A DNA stretch of 62,908 nucleotides, filler included, from Choristocarpus tenellus KU-1152 (Eukaryota > Protista > Phaeophyceae), in NCBI GenBank assembly GCA_964200185.2. It is 9 parts of 9 records of this genome, joined end to end, with 100 filler letters (N's around TTAATTAATTAA, not from the genome) between each part and the next. Parts side by side here need not be neighbours in the genome. Positions count along the whole stretch, not along the records: positions 46,963 to 51,293 come from CAXNAD020015083.1; positions 51,394 to 56,098 come from CAXNAD020013393.1; positions 56,199 to 62,908 come from CAXNAD020007512.1; 6 more parts are not named here. One strand, 5' to 3'. The notes beneath the pieces are model-generated. The model saw only the letters and a list, made by a program, of their open reading frames with translations, was not told the origin of the DNA and searched no databases. Below are positions 51,229-62,908 of the stretch, piece by piece. Each line of letters begins with the position of its first letter. Within the stretch, counting starts at the first letter, position 1. The translations under genes were made by a program, and so were the position numbers.

Positions 51229-51293
51229 GGACCCAAAGTATCTGGGAGGGGGGGGGGGTCTAGACCAGGGTGTCCATTTGAACCAAAATCAGG
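51229..51293 (+). mobile_element. Terminus of repeat/MITE family B at contig end
   Basis: CAAAGTATCTGGGAGGGGG..TGTCCATTTG, also at 36360-36400(-), 51411-51452, 56199-56231(-), 62869-62908. Confidence 0.7.
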
Positions 51294-51393
51294 NNNNNNN
51301 NNNNNNNNNNNNNNNNNNNNNNNNNNNNNNNNNNNNNTTAATTAATTAANNNNNNNNNNNNNNNNNNNNNNNNNNNNNNNNNNNNNNNNNNNN
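51294..51393. other. Artificial contig spacer
   Basis: 44 N + TTAATTAATTAA + 44 N. Confidence 0.98.
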
Positions 51394-53336
51394 TTATTGT
51401 ACTAGCCGATGGCGCAAAGGATCTGGGGGGGGGTTGGCGGCTGTCCATTTGGGGTCAATTTTTTCATATCGCGATTTTTGTGTGATTTGGTTGCATACGT
51501 CGAGTGGATAATGTTAATGCACTTTTCCCGATTTTGGTCCAAAGGGACACCCTTTGTTCCAATGTTTCCTTCCCCTGCACCCTGTACCCTGCACCTGCCC
51601 CCCAAAATTCAAGATGCAAAGCAAGTTAAAGCCCCATGTCCTTGGGATACTTGCCGTGGCGAGGCATAAGCACTCCCATCACTCCAGGTGAGGGCCGATG
51701 AGCAGTACCGCAAACAAAGAGGTTGATGAGTGTTGAACTGATTTCCTTGAACTACTTTTTTTTCCCCTATGGATTAAATCCTTCCACAACTTATTTTTGT
51801 TGACATTGTAAGCTACAGAGTATCCTTGTTCAATGCATGAAACGTACACTTTGAAGGTATATCTCTTTGCTTGGATGTGAATAGTACCTCAGATGCATCC
51901 AGATTTTCAATTAACATTTCATAACCTGTGGGATCTCTCATTCATGCTTTGAATATGGCCATGCTTTATACCATACACTGTTCTTCATCGCTTGACAATG
52001 ATTGTGTCTTTCTCCAGTGAAATGGAAGTGATCCACTCTTGCTGATCCTCAAACAGGGTGATGCCGACTTTTCACCGTAAGCCATACACTGCAATCTCTG
52101 CAATTCGACCAAGAGATTACTGGCGAGAATGGGAGTTGGAGAGCAGGTAAGCAGATAGATATCAGTGCAAGAATTTTAAGAGAGAACCAAGGGTATTTCG
52201 GAACCGTGCTTATGCGCTGGTAAGGGAATTGCTACACTGCTCTTTTCAAAACGATTCAATTTGACACAAAATTGACATGAGGTACCTATTGCAAGAGATC
52301 TTCCTCAGAAACCAGCAGATAGCTGCATAGTGGGAAGACTTGAAAGTGGAAGGGAGAAGTTTAGCTAGTGTCAGGATCTATTGTTCATCACATTAGACAA
52401 ACCTACCGGATTTGGTGCAATATTGTATAGAGACTAAAATCTTGCTGTAATTTCAACTATCTTGATTGGTAAATCAGAAAGAGCTGATGGGAGATTCTAG
52501 TGGTGGTAATGACGTCTTGTGTGAGTATTTTTTTTTGTGGAATTTTTGCTTGTGATTGTTCTGGTCTGGTCTAGAATGGTTCTCAAACTGTGTAGGTTTT
52601 GCAATGAAAATGTGTTGATACTATCAATTCTATCAAAATTGCACCACAATTCCTAGTGTGGCAAACTGTGAAGGTTTGATTGGTGTCGTTCAATTTATTG
52701 GGAGATATCAGAGTATCTTGAGATCGATACTGAAAACTTTCATTTACTCAGTTCTGTTTCTGTTTCTGTTTCTGTATCTGTTACATACCTATCACCGGAA
52801 TCATTATTCCTGTACTACGTATGGCTTATCGCCATTTGTTTCCTTGGTCTTTGTTTGCACTGTTGTGAAGTTGCATGCAATTATATTTCTGTCTGATTGT
52901 TGTTGCTGTGTTATTGTTGTCAATGCTCTCCTGTATGTATACGTCCCAGCCTTTCTTTGTCTAAGAGAGTTGTCTTTGACATCATAATATCTATTTGTCC
53001 ATCTTTGCTCTTTGCAGTCAACACCTTGCAGCCCTCGGGTACGTATGTTTTGGTTTTCTTTGAGCAAAACATGAGCGATAGTCTGTCTAAGATAAAATAT
53101 TGCAGAACATCATGCTTCTGGCGACAGAGAAAGGGAGGACAGTAAGAAACTGGAAGTAAAAAAATTGCACCTCCTCCAGCTTGGCTCACTCACCAACTTG
53201 AGAGCCCCCTACCCTACGGCGCTTATGCCTCTCAGAGCTCGGTATGATTCGTAGATTCTCATCACACCTAGTTAAAATACTGACACACGTGTGTATTCTC
53301 AAGCAGATTTCAACCAATTCACCTCTCATTCTAATT

Positions 53337-53505
53337 CCAATTGCGGATCATTCCTGCATTTTTTGCTTCTCTGTTATTCCATAGTTTTTCAGCGTGCAAA
53401 ATTAATATATAACAGCAACCCCAATTGCGGATCATTCCTGCATTTTTTGCTTCTCTGTTATTCCATAGTTTTTCAGCGTGCAAAATTAATATATAACAGC
53501 AACCC
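53337..53505. repeat. Perfect 84-bp tandem duplication
   Basis: CCAATTGCGGATCATTCC..TATATAACAGCAACC at 53337 and 53421. Confidence 0.92.
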
Positions 53506-54535
53506 ACTCCCTGGCCCATTACAGAGTGTTCCTGCTTCTTTGCTGTCTTTGATAGTGCAAAAGAAATAAATTTCTACATGACATCAAAAGCCCCCCTAGA
53601 GTCATGAAACCATAGAATATATGGGTATGACCACGAGCCATCAAATTGAAATTGCCTCTCTGTTGTCCTTAACAGATATGAAAAATTCCTGGTCAAAACT
53701 ACGATGGAGCGAAAGAGACATGAACTCACAGTGGCTCTTCAGGTAGATAAGAGTACTGAGTTAGATTATCAAGAGGAAGTTACTTCAAGTCATGCATCCA
53801 ACAGTGGCATTAAGAAGAGGTTGTGAGTGTGCTCTTGTTTAAGAATAAAATAGGGGTGCAAGGCATGAAATATTTGTGGAACCGGATTTGAAGAGGAAGG
53901 AAGGGAACCTTTGCACTGGATATTCAAGAAGGATGATGAAAGGGAAAAAATCACATAGCGAGGTACATGTGAAGATTACCATACACAAAATACATGGTGA
54001 AGAATATATACATTGCGAAAAAGAATAATATCTCAGCAAGAGAGCGATGATAAATCGATGAGGTGATACATGTAGGACAGTAGCAAAACAAATAGAATCC
54101 TTCAGATGCGGTAAGCCTTCTAGGTATATATAAAAAGGATACATCCCACATAAACTTTAGTAAAAAGCAAATATCCATGCCCCCAACTTGAACCAAACAC
54201 CTTCAACCTGAAACTCACTCACTGCCTTCATTCATCGCCCACCCCCACTCCCTCACAATCTAAGAAAATATACAACAATAACAACCACAAAATGTAATAA
54301 TAATGACAACCACAATCACAATAAAGATAAGAATAACATTAATACTAACAATAACAAAAACAAAATTGAATTAACAATAACAATAATCTCCTTGTTAGTT
54401 GCAACTCCCATTGCACCGTTTGCAACAATGTTGCAGGATAGTGTCCACAATTCCACGAATTTCTGTCATCTACCCTGCCTCCTCGAATACCCACTTCACT
54501 AACGCCATTCAAACACGCTCCCAACCCATGAACAG

Positions 54536-54648
54536 ACGGCTGCAATGGTGGCGGCAGCAAGAATATTCCTCGCCAAGGCCAAGGACGCTGTTGCTAAGAT
54601 GCAGGCCCTGGTGAAGAGGAGAATGTTAGCAACGCGGATCCGGGAGAG
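54536..54648 (+). CDS. Probable isolated exon with an IQ-like helix, unknown gene
   Basis: Branch-point CACTAAC (~54497), CAG acceptor, frame TAAMVAAARIFLAKAKDAVAKMQALVKRRMLATRIRE, donor AG|GTGATT (or in-frame TGA). Confidence 0.4.
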
Positions 54649-55180
54649 GTGATTTTGCATTGGGGAGTTATTGCTACGAAGGTTGAGCCATGCTGATTGA
54701 AGGTGGAAAGTATGGAAATGTCACAGAGTAGAAGGGAGAAGGTGAAAGAGCAGGAGTGTAGCTCAACTCCTGTTTGGCGATGGAAAGGTTGGTTCAGCAT
54801 TGTGATGATAGATTGCGAACATCCATCATTATGCACGCCTACGTATCCACACTCCTGATAGAAATGCTATGAATTGAGCACATTTGCTGCCGTAGAATGG
54901 ATGTCTTGCAAACCCCGCATTTCTACTAATCAATTACCGATGGTTGGCCAAAGTGATACACGAGAGGGACGCAGCGTTGAATTTGAGGGATGTTGACAAA
55001 TACGAACAAAATTCGTCACCTTATACAAATGCATACAGGGATTTGTTTATTTTTCTTCTGTATTTTCCAGGACATTTTCAAACAACAGAGAAATCAAATA
55101 CCCCTCAGGTCAATCTTAGCCACTAGTCTATGGGAAGAAGGGTGAATTGAAAATGATAAAGAGAGTGACTGAGAATGCAA

Positions 55181-55232
55181 ACCCCTAACCCTGACCTTAC
55201 CATGACCCTGACCCTGACCCTGACCCTAAACC
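55181..55232 (-). repeat. Interstitial telomere-like (CCCTAA/CCCTGA)n tract
   Basis: ACCCCTAACCCTGACC..GACCCTGACCCTGACCCTGACCCTAAACC. Confidence 0.75.
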
Positions 55233-56098
55233 AAACCGACCGAGAGGTAGGCAATGTTGTGTCTCAAGGACCAAGAGAAAGAAAAAGGAAATTGCCATCT
55301 TGTACAGTTGCAGGAAGAGCCTTTGCTGAATTGTAGCGCCACGCTGGGTGTGGAAAGGGGCGATGTCAATTTTGCATACAATAATATTGTTCGCGTAAGG
55401 AAATGAAATGGAGTCTATTTTATTGTACGGCGTAAGAATGATGGCTTAGGACGCAAACGGCTCCAAAACTACCTACCTCTCAATTGGCAGTTGGTTTGAC
55501 TTGAAAGGGGAAGAGAAGAAACTGGGTACACCTCGCTTGCCTTGGCTCTGTGTCCCACGGGGAAAATTCCCATGTATCTTGTTCACAGTTCACAACTGTA
55601 GGAGATGCGTTCAATTCCAACAGACAAATGATTGCGCCGCGGGTCGGTGGGTCACGGTGTTTGGATCCTCCATGCAAATGTACCGAGTGGTAGTGGGTAC
55701 TACCAATGCCTGTTGCACCTGCCGCGTATGGTGGTAGATATCTGTGTTTGAAGATGATTTTGAGCATGTTCACATCTACACATTTGCTGCCAATAGATGG
55801 CAAAGCTCTCCTCTATGGAACTGACTTCTACACAGGGTATGGGTGATGAGTGTTTGGCCTACTTGATACTTGTAGGTACTATTTATAGTATCGTGCGTAC
55901 AAAGGGATGTGTAATCTCCCACCGCCCTTCTGTATCCTGCTTGGCAGAGCCTACGACAAGATGGCTACATTGTCCATATTTTCTTCTAAAGTCACCTCTC
56001 TCTATATATATATATCTCTCTTCGTGTGTATGTGACGTGGCATCACCGCTGGTCCCACTGCCTCTACCCTTGTCTGTCCGAGATGTAGGTCTCTTGCG

Positions 56099-56198
56099 NN
56101 NNNNNNNNNNNNNNNNNNNNNNNNNNNNNNNNNNNNNNNNNNTTAATTAATTAANNNNNNNNNNNNNNNNNNNNNNNNNNNNNNNNNNNNNNNNNNNN
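56099..56198. other. Artificial contig spacer
   Basis: 44 N + TTAATTAATTAA + 44 N. Confidence 0.98.
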
Positions 56199-56231
56199 AC
56201 AGTCGCCACCCCCTCCCAGATACTTTGAGCC
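56199..56231 (-). mobile_element. Terminus of repeat/MITE family B at contig start
   Basis: Reverse complement GGCTCAAAGTATCTGGGAGGGGGTGGCGACTGT. Confidence 0.7.
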
Positions 56232-58456
56232 AGAGATATATATTGGTGTGGGATATATGCTTCTTTAGGGGCATACTCAAAGTGCTTGAAGCATGTTTTT
56301 TTTGTGAGAGTCGCTCAGCTTCAGCTAGAGGTCGTAACAGTCCTGATTCAAGCCAAGTACGGAGTCTCAATACAACGCGTGAAATGTTCACACATACTCC
56401 AGTTTGGAATATTTCGAAGCTCCCTGTGTTGAGAAGACCCCACCGTTGGCAAGGGCAGAAGCTGTGAGTTAAGTCACGAACACAATGAACGAAGTTATTG
56501 TAATCGAAACATTTTAGCGTGTGTACTAGTTCCTTTATTTTAGCAGACAACCGAGAACTCGCCGTGCAAATTTTACTTTGCAATTAGTCGCTTGCAGTAA
56601 GAGAACCGTGTGGGTAGATGGACGTCCACACACACACACACACAGAGTTTTGCTACCTTTACAATTCATTATCCTGTGTGCTAGTTGGAAAAAATGCAAC
56701 TTTGACGGGTGGAGGGGTTCCCCTCTGTGTTATAATACTCCTCTATTTAGTCCACAAGAATATTGTACTGTCATAACTCTATCAGAATATAGTGCGCAGT
56801 CAGTTATCTTGTATTCCTCATCAGTACAATCCATCATGTCTACAAGGACCTATCAAAGAACAACCTGAAATATTAGCAGTATGATACCCGTAACTTCTTC
56901 GAACCCAATACAATCCCATACTTCGGAAGTACTTCACACTTAACATATCAGATGTGGAGGATGTAGGGAGCACTGTGTACAATATTTCTGTATTGTTCCC
57001 ACTGACATTTTGCATATGTGTCAGGGGAGGGATAAGACAAAGACCAAAACTGCAAGAGCTTCCATAATCGTATTTGTCGTTTCCAACCTGGCATACTGCA
57101 GGGTAGTATTGTAGTACTGTATTATTTCTGTACTTCCAGTGTAAGAAAGTCTTCTCACTGCACATATACAAGCAGGAGCAACAGTGCTAAGGCGAAGGAC
57201 CTCATGGTACAGGGCTCGACCAGCACGAAAGGGCAACACAGCTCTGTGCTGCTAATCTCCATTCTGCACCTCTTCAACGTCCTAAATAGTTGCGTGAAAA
57301 GCGTGAGTGCTTGGTTGACAGGTTGTGTGCATGTAAAGAAGTTAAGTGAAGTGAAGTATGTCAGCAGCATGAGAGGAAGGTTATGCAGTCCCTATAGGGT
57401 AGACGGGGCAAGAAATTATTCCTCTACCCCTCCAAGTCAGCAAGTCTTCCGTCAAGGAATGGTGAAAGTGCTCCTCCTTTCTCCAAATGGTTGATTTTAT
57501 TCTGTTGTGATGAACTCCCCAGTGTTTTGAAGTGCCTCATATTTGGCATTGTATGTTCCACGCAATGGTTCTGTATGTGGGCTGTTCGTGATACAATAGT
57601 TATCAGACCTTTCCGATTGGGTCATTGTCATACGGTGAGGGATACAAAAAGCGGGGCATTCTGAGTCGAGGTCTGTAAAAGGTTTTTACGGTTTGTGGAT
57701 TCTACAAGCCCCCATCGAATGATCACAATTCAATCATTACCTTTACCTCTGAAACATATTTCATTCTAAAAAATAAAAATACGAGCCAAGTAACCCAGTT
57801 ATATAAAAGGCTTGGCTATCCTTCAGACCATCACCAAGGTCTGTCCACCTTGAGCACTGAGGCTGATATATTGTCCCATCAAGGCGAGCTATCTCGGCAC
57901 TGTAGCAAGTACTACACACACATTATACGAGTAACATATCACTGAGCAGATTTAGGTGCAGAAGATTGAGATACACTACTTACTTACATTCTGTCCATAT
58001 CTGTAAAGTGCTGATGAAACTCATGGAAGGATTAAGCATTTAGTATAGGAAGTCACCAAAGATCTTTCTGGAACGAATGATGATAGTTCTGTTCCAATCT
58101 ACCTTACCTACCTGTTGTGATAATATTTATTGTGAGCATAAGTTCAAAATACAAGAAACAGAGGATAAGCCTGAGATGCTTTAGCTTAGTACTTTGTTCT
58201 GAATTTGAACAATAGATTCCAGAGGGTTAGTCAGGCGTCCACGCAGGGCCTGTGTGGATCCGTTGTGAATCAGTTGTGATTTTCCCGTCATCTGAGTGAA
58301 CGTGTCAGACGTAAGGGTAATTTCCTTCACCTGAACACACCTCCCTTTTTCATCTCCCCACCTGAACTAAATTTGAAGGAAAATCATTTGCAAAACGGGC
58401 ATCAAACTGGGGTATCTTACAACACCTTATCAAGCCCTGGCTGGGTTAATCACCAC

Positions 58457-58710
58457 GAGTGAAAGTATCTTAGAGGGTACAAGTTTTGCCCGGTTTGTTT
58501 GTTTGGAGCTTGGCTTCCCACGTTTTATTTATGACATTAAACCTACTACAAAAAAAATTGGAGTAGGTGGAATGTAGATGTTATTGAAAGTTGTGTCCGG
58601 AACATGGATATTGACACGTCCTAACAAACACGATAGCCTAAATTACATCAAAATCGCAACCTTGAATTTTGGACCCCAAAGGGACGTGACTCTACCCTCT
58701 AAGACACCTT
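58457..58710 (+). mobile_element. MITE family A copy 3 (right TIR eroded)
   Basis: Starts GAGTGAAAGTATCTTAGAGGGTAC, colinear with copies 1-2, ends TACCCTCTAAGACACCTT. Confidence 0.85.
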
Positions 58711-59907
58711 GAGGGGTGCCCCTCAAGATGCAATGGGCCTTACACACCAATGCTAAGAAGTGTCTACCTCCAAAGACTACCAAACAATCTTTGCTAATTC
58801 TCCTACTAATTCGGAAATTGATTAAATGATTGAAGAGTCAATAGGTCTGCCTTGTTGCCAAACAAGCTTGGCTGTAAAATATACTCCGTATATACATAAT
58901 CTATATATTTATGTAAGTACCTTGAGGTATTTCACCTTCAATCTAGTGATACCACATATAAACAATACATTGTTCTTGGGTGAGGGTGTAGGTTTCAAAG
59001 GTGAAAGAAAGAGGGAGGGTATGTGTATGTGGAGAATGGGGTGCAAAAAGGGTCCTTCCAGTACACATACGAACACAACTAGGAGGCTGATATCATGTGA
59101 GCCGTGCAAACTCGATCGTTTCCTTGTTTATGCCAAGGCTTGACCATTCTCCATTCTCTACAGAGGATAGTGAACAGATTTACTCTAACACAAGAGTGTG
59201 CCGGCAATCTCAGGTATGCGTTAAGTGGTGTGGTGTCTGTCCCCACTCCCATAATCCGTGGAATTAAAGCATATCATTGATGCACTGTTTGTTGGACAAG
59301 GAAACAACAGGTACATGTCACCAAAGGTACTCTCTCCCCAGAAGAGTTTTTTGTTTCTGCTCCTTTCCTGTGGTCAATATCCTTCGAAATAAACCAGATT
59401 GTCTATCCCAAGACAAACAGGTGGTACCATGAAAAAGCATTCATGAGCCGAAATTTTAACAACCACAGGAGTTGGGCGCGATGTGCGCGCGATGTGTGCT
59501 CTATGTTCGAGTGCACTCTCTTTCCAACTTTTCGGATAATCATACTATTAGTACTACTACTAGTAGTACAGTCTATGTGGAGTCAGTGTACTACAGTTGC
59601 TGGTTGGTAAACCCAGAACTGTTCTAGCACATATGACTGGGTGGGTGGGAGAAAATACTCCCCATATTAGCAGGTGCCCTCGTGCCCTCACCTCATCTAA
59701 ACTTACCAACCTCTTACAACATCACACGAAGCAGGCTATACCTTTATACCCTGTGTAGGACCGCCTCTTTCTCTCCCTCTCTCCCTTCCCCTTGTACATT
59801 TTGTGGACCAGGAACAATGAAACAGTAACACCCAGCAAACACCATCGTTCTGAAGTAGACAATTACACATCATTCCTCCATGGGGAGGAGGACTCAAAGT
59901 AAACCCC

Positions 59908-60160
59908 GAGCCAAAGTACCCTAGAGAGGGAGATGGACTTTGACCATATTGAACCTAAAGGGGCTTGCCAACACGATGTCTGATACCCCACTTTCATTAC
60001 CCAAATTCTCATGACCCCCGTCAGGAGTCTGTGGATGTAGAAGGAAGGACCCTGCGGATGGATGTTTTTCATTAGATTGGAGAATGTAGGGACGTAAAGA
60101 TGCAAATCAGAAAAAATCACAGACCAAACAATGGCACACGCCTCTAGGACACTTCAGCTC
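59908..60160 (-). mobile_element. Diverged MITE family A relative, inverted (253 bp)
   Basis: Ends GAGCCAAAGTACCCTAGAG / CCTCTAGGACACTTCAGCTC, same length class as family A. Confidence 0.6.
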
Positions 60161-61784
60161 TCCCCTATCACGTATAACACCTTCTATTTTGCGGATGACC
60201 CAATTGTCATCCCGTTGTAGTACTGCCTCTACAAGGCTGTACATCCCCCATCACCTCATAATTATATTCCAATCCCTGTGTCCAAGTCTATCTCTTTTTG
60301 CTACTGATACCTTTGTGGTTTACCGTTCTGTTGCTTCCCATGTACCACATTTGCCCACTACTTAGAACTTGAACCTTCACAAATACCCACTTCTATTCTG
60401 TGGTGACTAAGTCCTCCTTGTAGTCTCGTGCTTGGGCTGTGCTTTCCCCCTCTGCCTGTGTTTTGAAGCTGCTGAGGGTGTCTGTAGTACGGTTGAGATC
60501 AATGGTTCTGCTGTGGGAGTTCAACGCCCAAAATGAAGGATGTCTGTGTACAATAAACTCCCACACAATTGTGGTAGGCAGAGGGGCATTGAAATGGGTG
60601 AGACGCTACTAAGTGGAGATGATATATGTTATCTGCATGTGTTTCAAGGTTCTCCCTGAAGGTCAGAGTGAAATGCTCCTATCTCCACCTAGAATCTAGC
60701 ATGTTGTAAGTAGCCTTCCAGTGCGCCAAGTACTCAACAGCACCTGGATTTGTCGTTCATCCTTGTCTTGAAGTAGTAGCGTAATGCGGGATACTACTTT
60801 TCTTCTAATTTTTCCTTCCAAGGAGAACCTTTGGGAAGAAAACATTGTTTCGCCAAGGATAATGGCAATAGTATAAAAAAGAGAATCACTGTCCCATGCC
60901 ATCAAAATCAAAAACGCATTAGACTTGGCAGGAACTATTAACCAAGACTGGGTAGACTGGGCAGGAACAACAACCCCTACCCTTATCCCAGTGGTTTACA
61001 CGGTAGTAGCTCATGATGCCAGGATTATGAGGGCACAGCGCAAGATCACCTGCCTTCTGAATAGAATACATTTTGGCCCTGTTGGTGGAACTGGCTACCT
61101 TTCCAGATGATGCACAGGAACAAGGGAGGGTGCAGCCTTAGACGATTTCCTCGTCCCCTTCTGTACGGGGGGCATGGTGACAACAACCCCAATTCAACAG
61201 AAGGAAGAATTGTACAGTCTGGGCAAAGCAGGCACACCAAGGTTAACTTTGAATCACGGCTACCCAGCCAGTATCAATAGTCTAGTTGCATCACAAGAAC
61301 TCGTCCTGTCCTGTATGTGATGGAGGTTTATCGTAGCTCTACAAGTCCAACATTTCTTGTTATTTTATTGGGTCATCTCCTTCGTGTGTACCTGCCTACC
61401 CATCCCCATGGAGACACATTTCTCTGGTTGCCCAACTGTGGACAACAGCTTTGAAGTATTTTTTTCTATCAAAAGATTGCTGCCCTGCAATTCATGCATG
61501 GGATGGATGAATCCAACAGCTAGCACGGCATGTGTTGGGTTTTACAATTCTTTTAAGAAACGAGATGGAAATTCGGGACATTTTTGTTGCAGACAGAGGC
61601 AAAAGATATCAAGACATGATGGTGAAACCTCTTCCTCGAAAGTACTGGCGGGTAAGGACTGAACCACACTGAGCCCTTCACCTGTTCCTTCTGAAGAGGA
61701 ATGGCCTTTGACGTCAATTTTCACTCATGAGAACATTTTAAAGTACAGTTACTTTTTCATCTCGAGTTCTCTACACTAACAACC

Positions 61785-61970
61785 AGGACGTTTCATTTGC
61801 CCAGGCCGATAGCATGGTTGGGGTCTGGCCCATGGCCACAGGTCAGCCTGTGGTCCAGACATGTTGAAAGAGTTGGTAGCCATGGACTGGCCCCTGGCCC
61901 TTATTGAACATACCAGTACCAGGGATGCTAGTAGTCTTACCATGTTGAAAATGTTGACAGCCATGGACCT
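61785..61970 (+). repeat. Dispersed repeat, homologous to 36146-36312
   Basis: See partner copy; internal GTTGAAA..GCCATGGAC duplication. Confidence 0.7.
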
Positions 61971-62268
61971 ACCCTGGTAAAACCCACGGCCCAACCGTGT
62001 TAAATAGTTGATGTTCATGATAGAAAAAAAAAAGTATCCTGTACCTGTCAAGCCTGATCAAGAGGGGTTGGGCTGGCCCCGTAATAATAGTATTCAATTA
62101 ATCCCAAAACCATGTGGGAATAAAATCGTATATTTTGTTTATTAATCCCATCACCCTGATATTGGCTGTTGTTGCAGTAAATTTAACTGAAAAGTTGCTG
62201 GATCTGTGCTACTCTAATGAGGCGGCAGGTCAGCCTGCAGCGCGGTTAGAGTACAACCTCTAACAGCC

Positions 62269-62472
62269 CTGGTCCGAAAATATCGGGAAATATTGGAATC
62301 TGTTCAACCTGCGAACTGGACACAGGTTTCAATACTTGATGGACTTGGTACAGACATGCCAGAAAATATTGGAACCTGTCCGACCTGTGGAAATGGACAG
62401 GTTCAGGTACTTTGAGGACCTGGTCTGCAAATGGTAGAAAGTATTGGAACTAGTCCTGCCCGTGGACTGGTC
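62269..62472. repeat. Degenerate ~75-bp tandem repeat with internal hairpin
   Basis: GAAA(A/G)TATTGGAA..GT.C..CC.G..GA..TGG recurs three times; the middle unit holds ACCTGTCC..GGACAGGT inverted repeat. Confidence 0.65.
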
Positions 62473-62868
62473 GCTTCACATTTGCCCGGACAGATGAGAA
62501 GTCCTGCCATCAACTACATCTCACACAGTACCAGACTCTTTGAGAGATTTCTAGGTACTACCAAAAAGGAAGTACATGGATTAGGATATATACCAGAGTA
62601 CACTCCAAATATACCCTGAGTTGTCCAAGGGTGTGCATTTTAATATCTTAGGTGACTGCAACGAGGTAGCTTGGGTGATGGGGAAGATCATTGGACAATA
62701 ACATCACTTTGACAAACTTGACCACAAAATATATGGGACGGCATAGTAACCTGAGCAATGCTACAATGTACAGGGTGGTCTGACCATACATACATGCATG
62801 GGTAATGATCGAAGATGGTTGACTAGAGGGTATGCCATTCTAGCCGCTGTCATTGCGAGGTCACTTCA

Positions 62869-62908
62869 GGCTATAAGTATCTGGGAGGGGGTGGCGGCTG
62901 TCCATTTG
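62869..62908 (+). mobile_element. Terminus of repeat/MITE family B at window end
   Basis: GGCTATAAGTATCTGGGAGGGGGTGGCGGCTGTCCATTTG. Confidence 0.7.

Noticed and set aside
6495-56198. Recurrent TTAATTAATTAA palindrome within N runs
   Set aside because: Identical 44N-12-44N construction eight times: an artificial linker. Gene neighbourhoods across spacers (e.g. HSF with DnaJ, NSF with dynein) are therefore not real clusters.

Overview
Eukaryotic nuclear DNA, not prokaryotic. The window is nine unrelated contigs joined by artificial 100-bp spacers (44 N + TTAATTAATTAA + 44 N): 1-6494, 6595-19516, 19617-23830, 23931-34667, 34768-38826, 38927-46862, 46963-51293, 51394-56098, 56199-62908. Intron-rich genes, poly-G tracts and the protein sequences suggest a stramenopile, probably a brown alga or close relative (inference). 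By splicing exons by hand I can build complete KIN17, heat-shock-factor and small membrane-type J-domain genes. I can also build partial NSF/Sec18, Mss116/RH31-type DEAD-box helicase, APMAP/strictosidine-synthase-like and cytoplasmic dynein heavy chain genes. The rest is decayed, CpG-depleted repeat DNA with several MITE families and mini/microsatellites. The most unusual item is at 38663-38808: the 3' two-thirds of a tRNA-Ser(GCT), including CCA, sits between two facing TG...CA termini that form a long imperfect hairpin. It looks like a DNA copy of a mature, modified tRNA. Also notable are 4 GC-AG donors among the 26 donors I could place.
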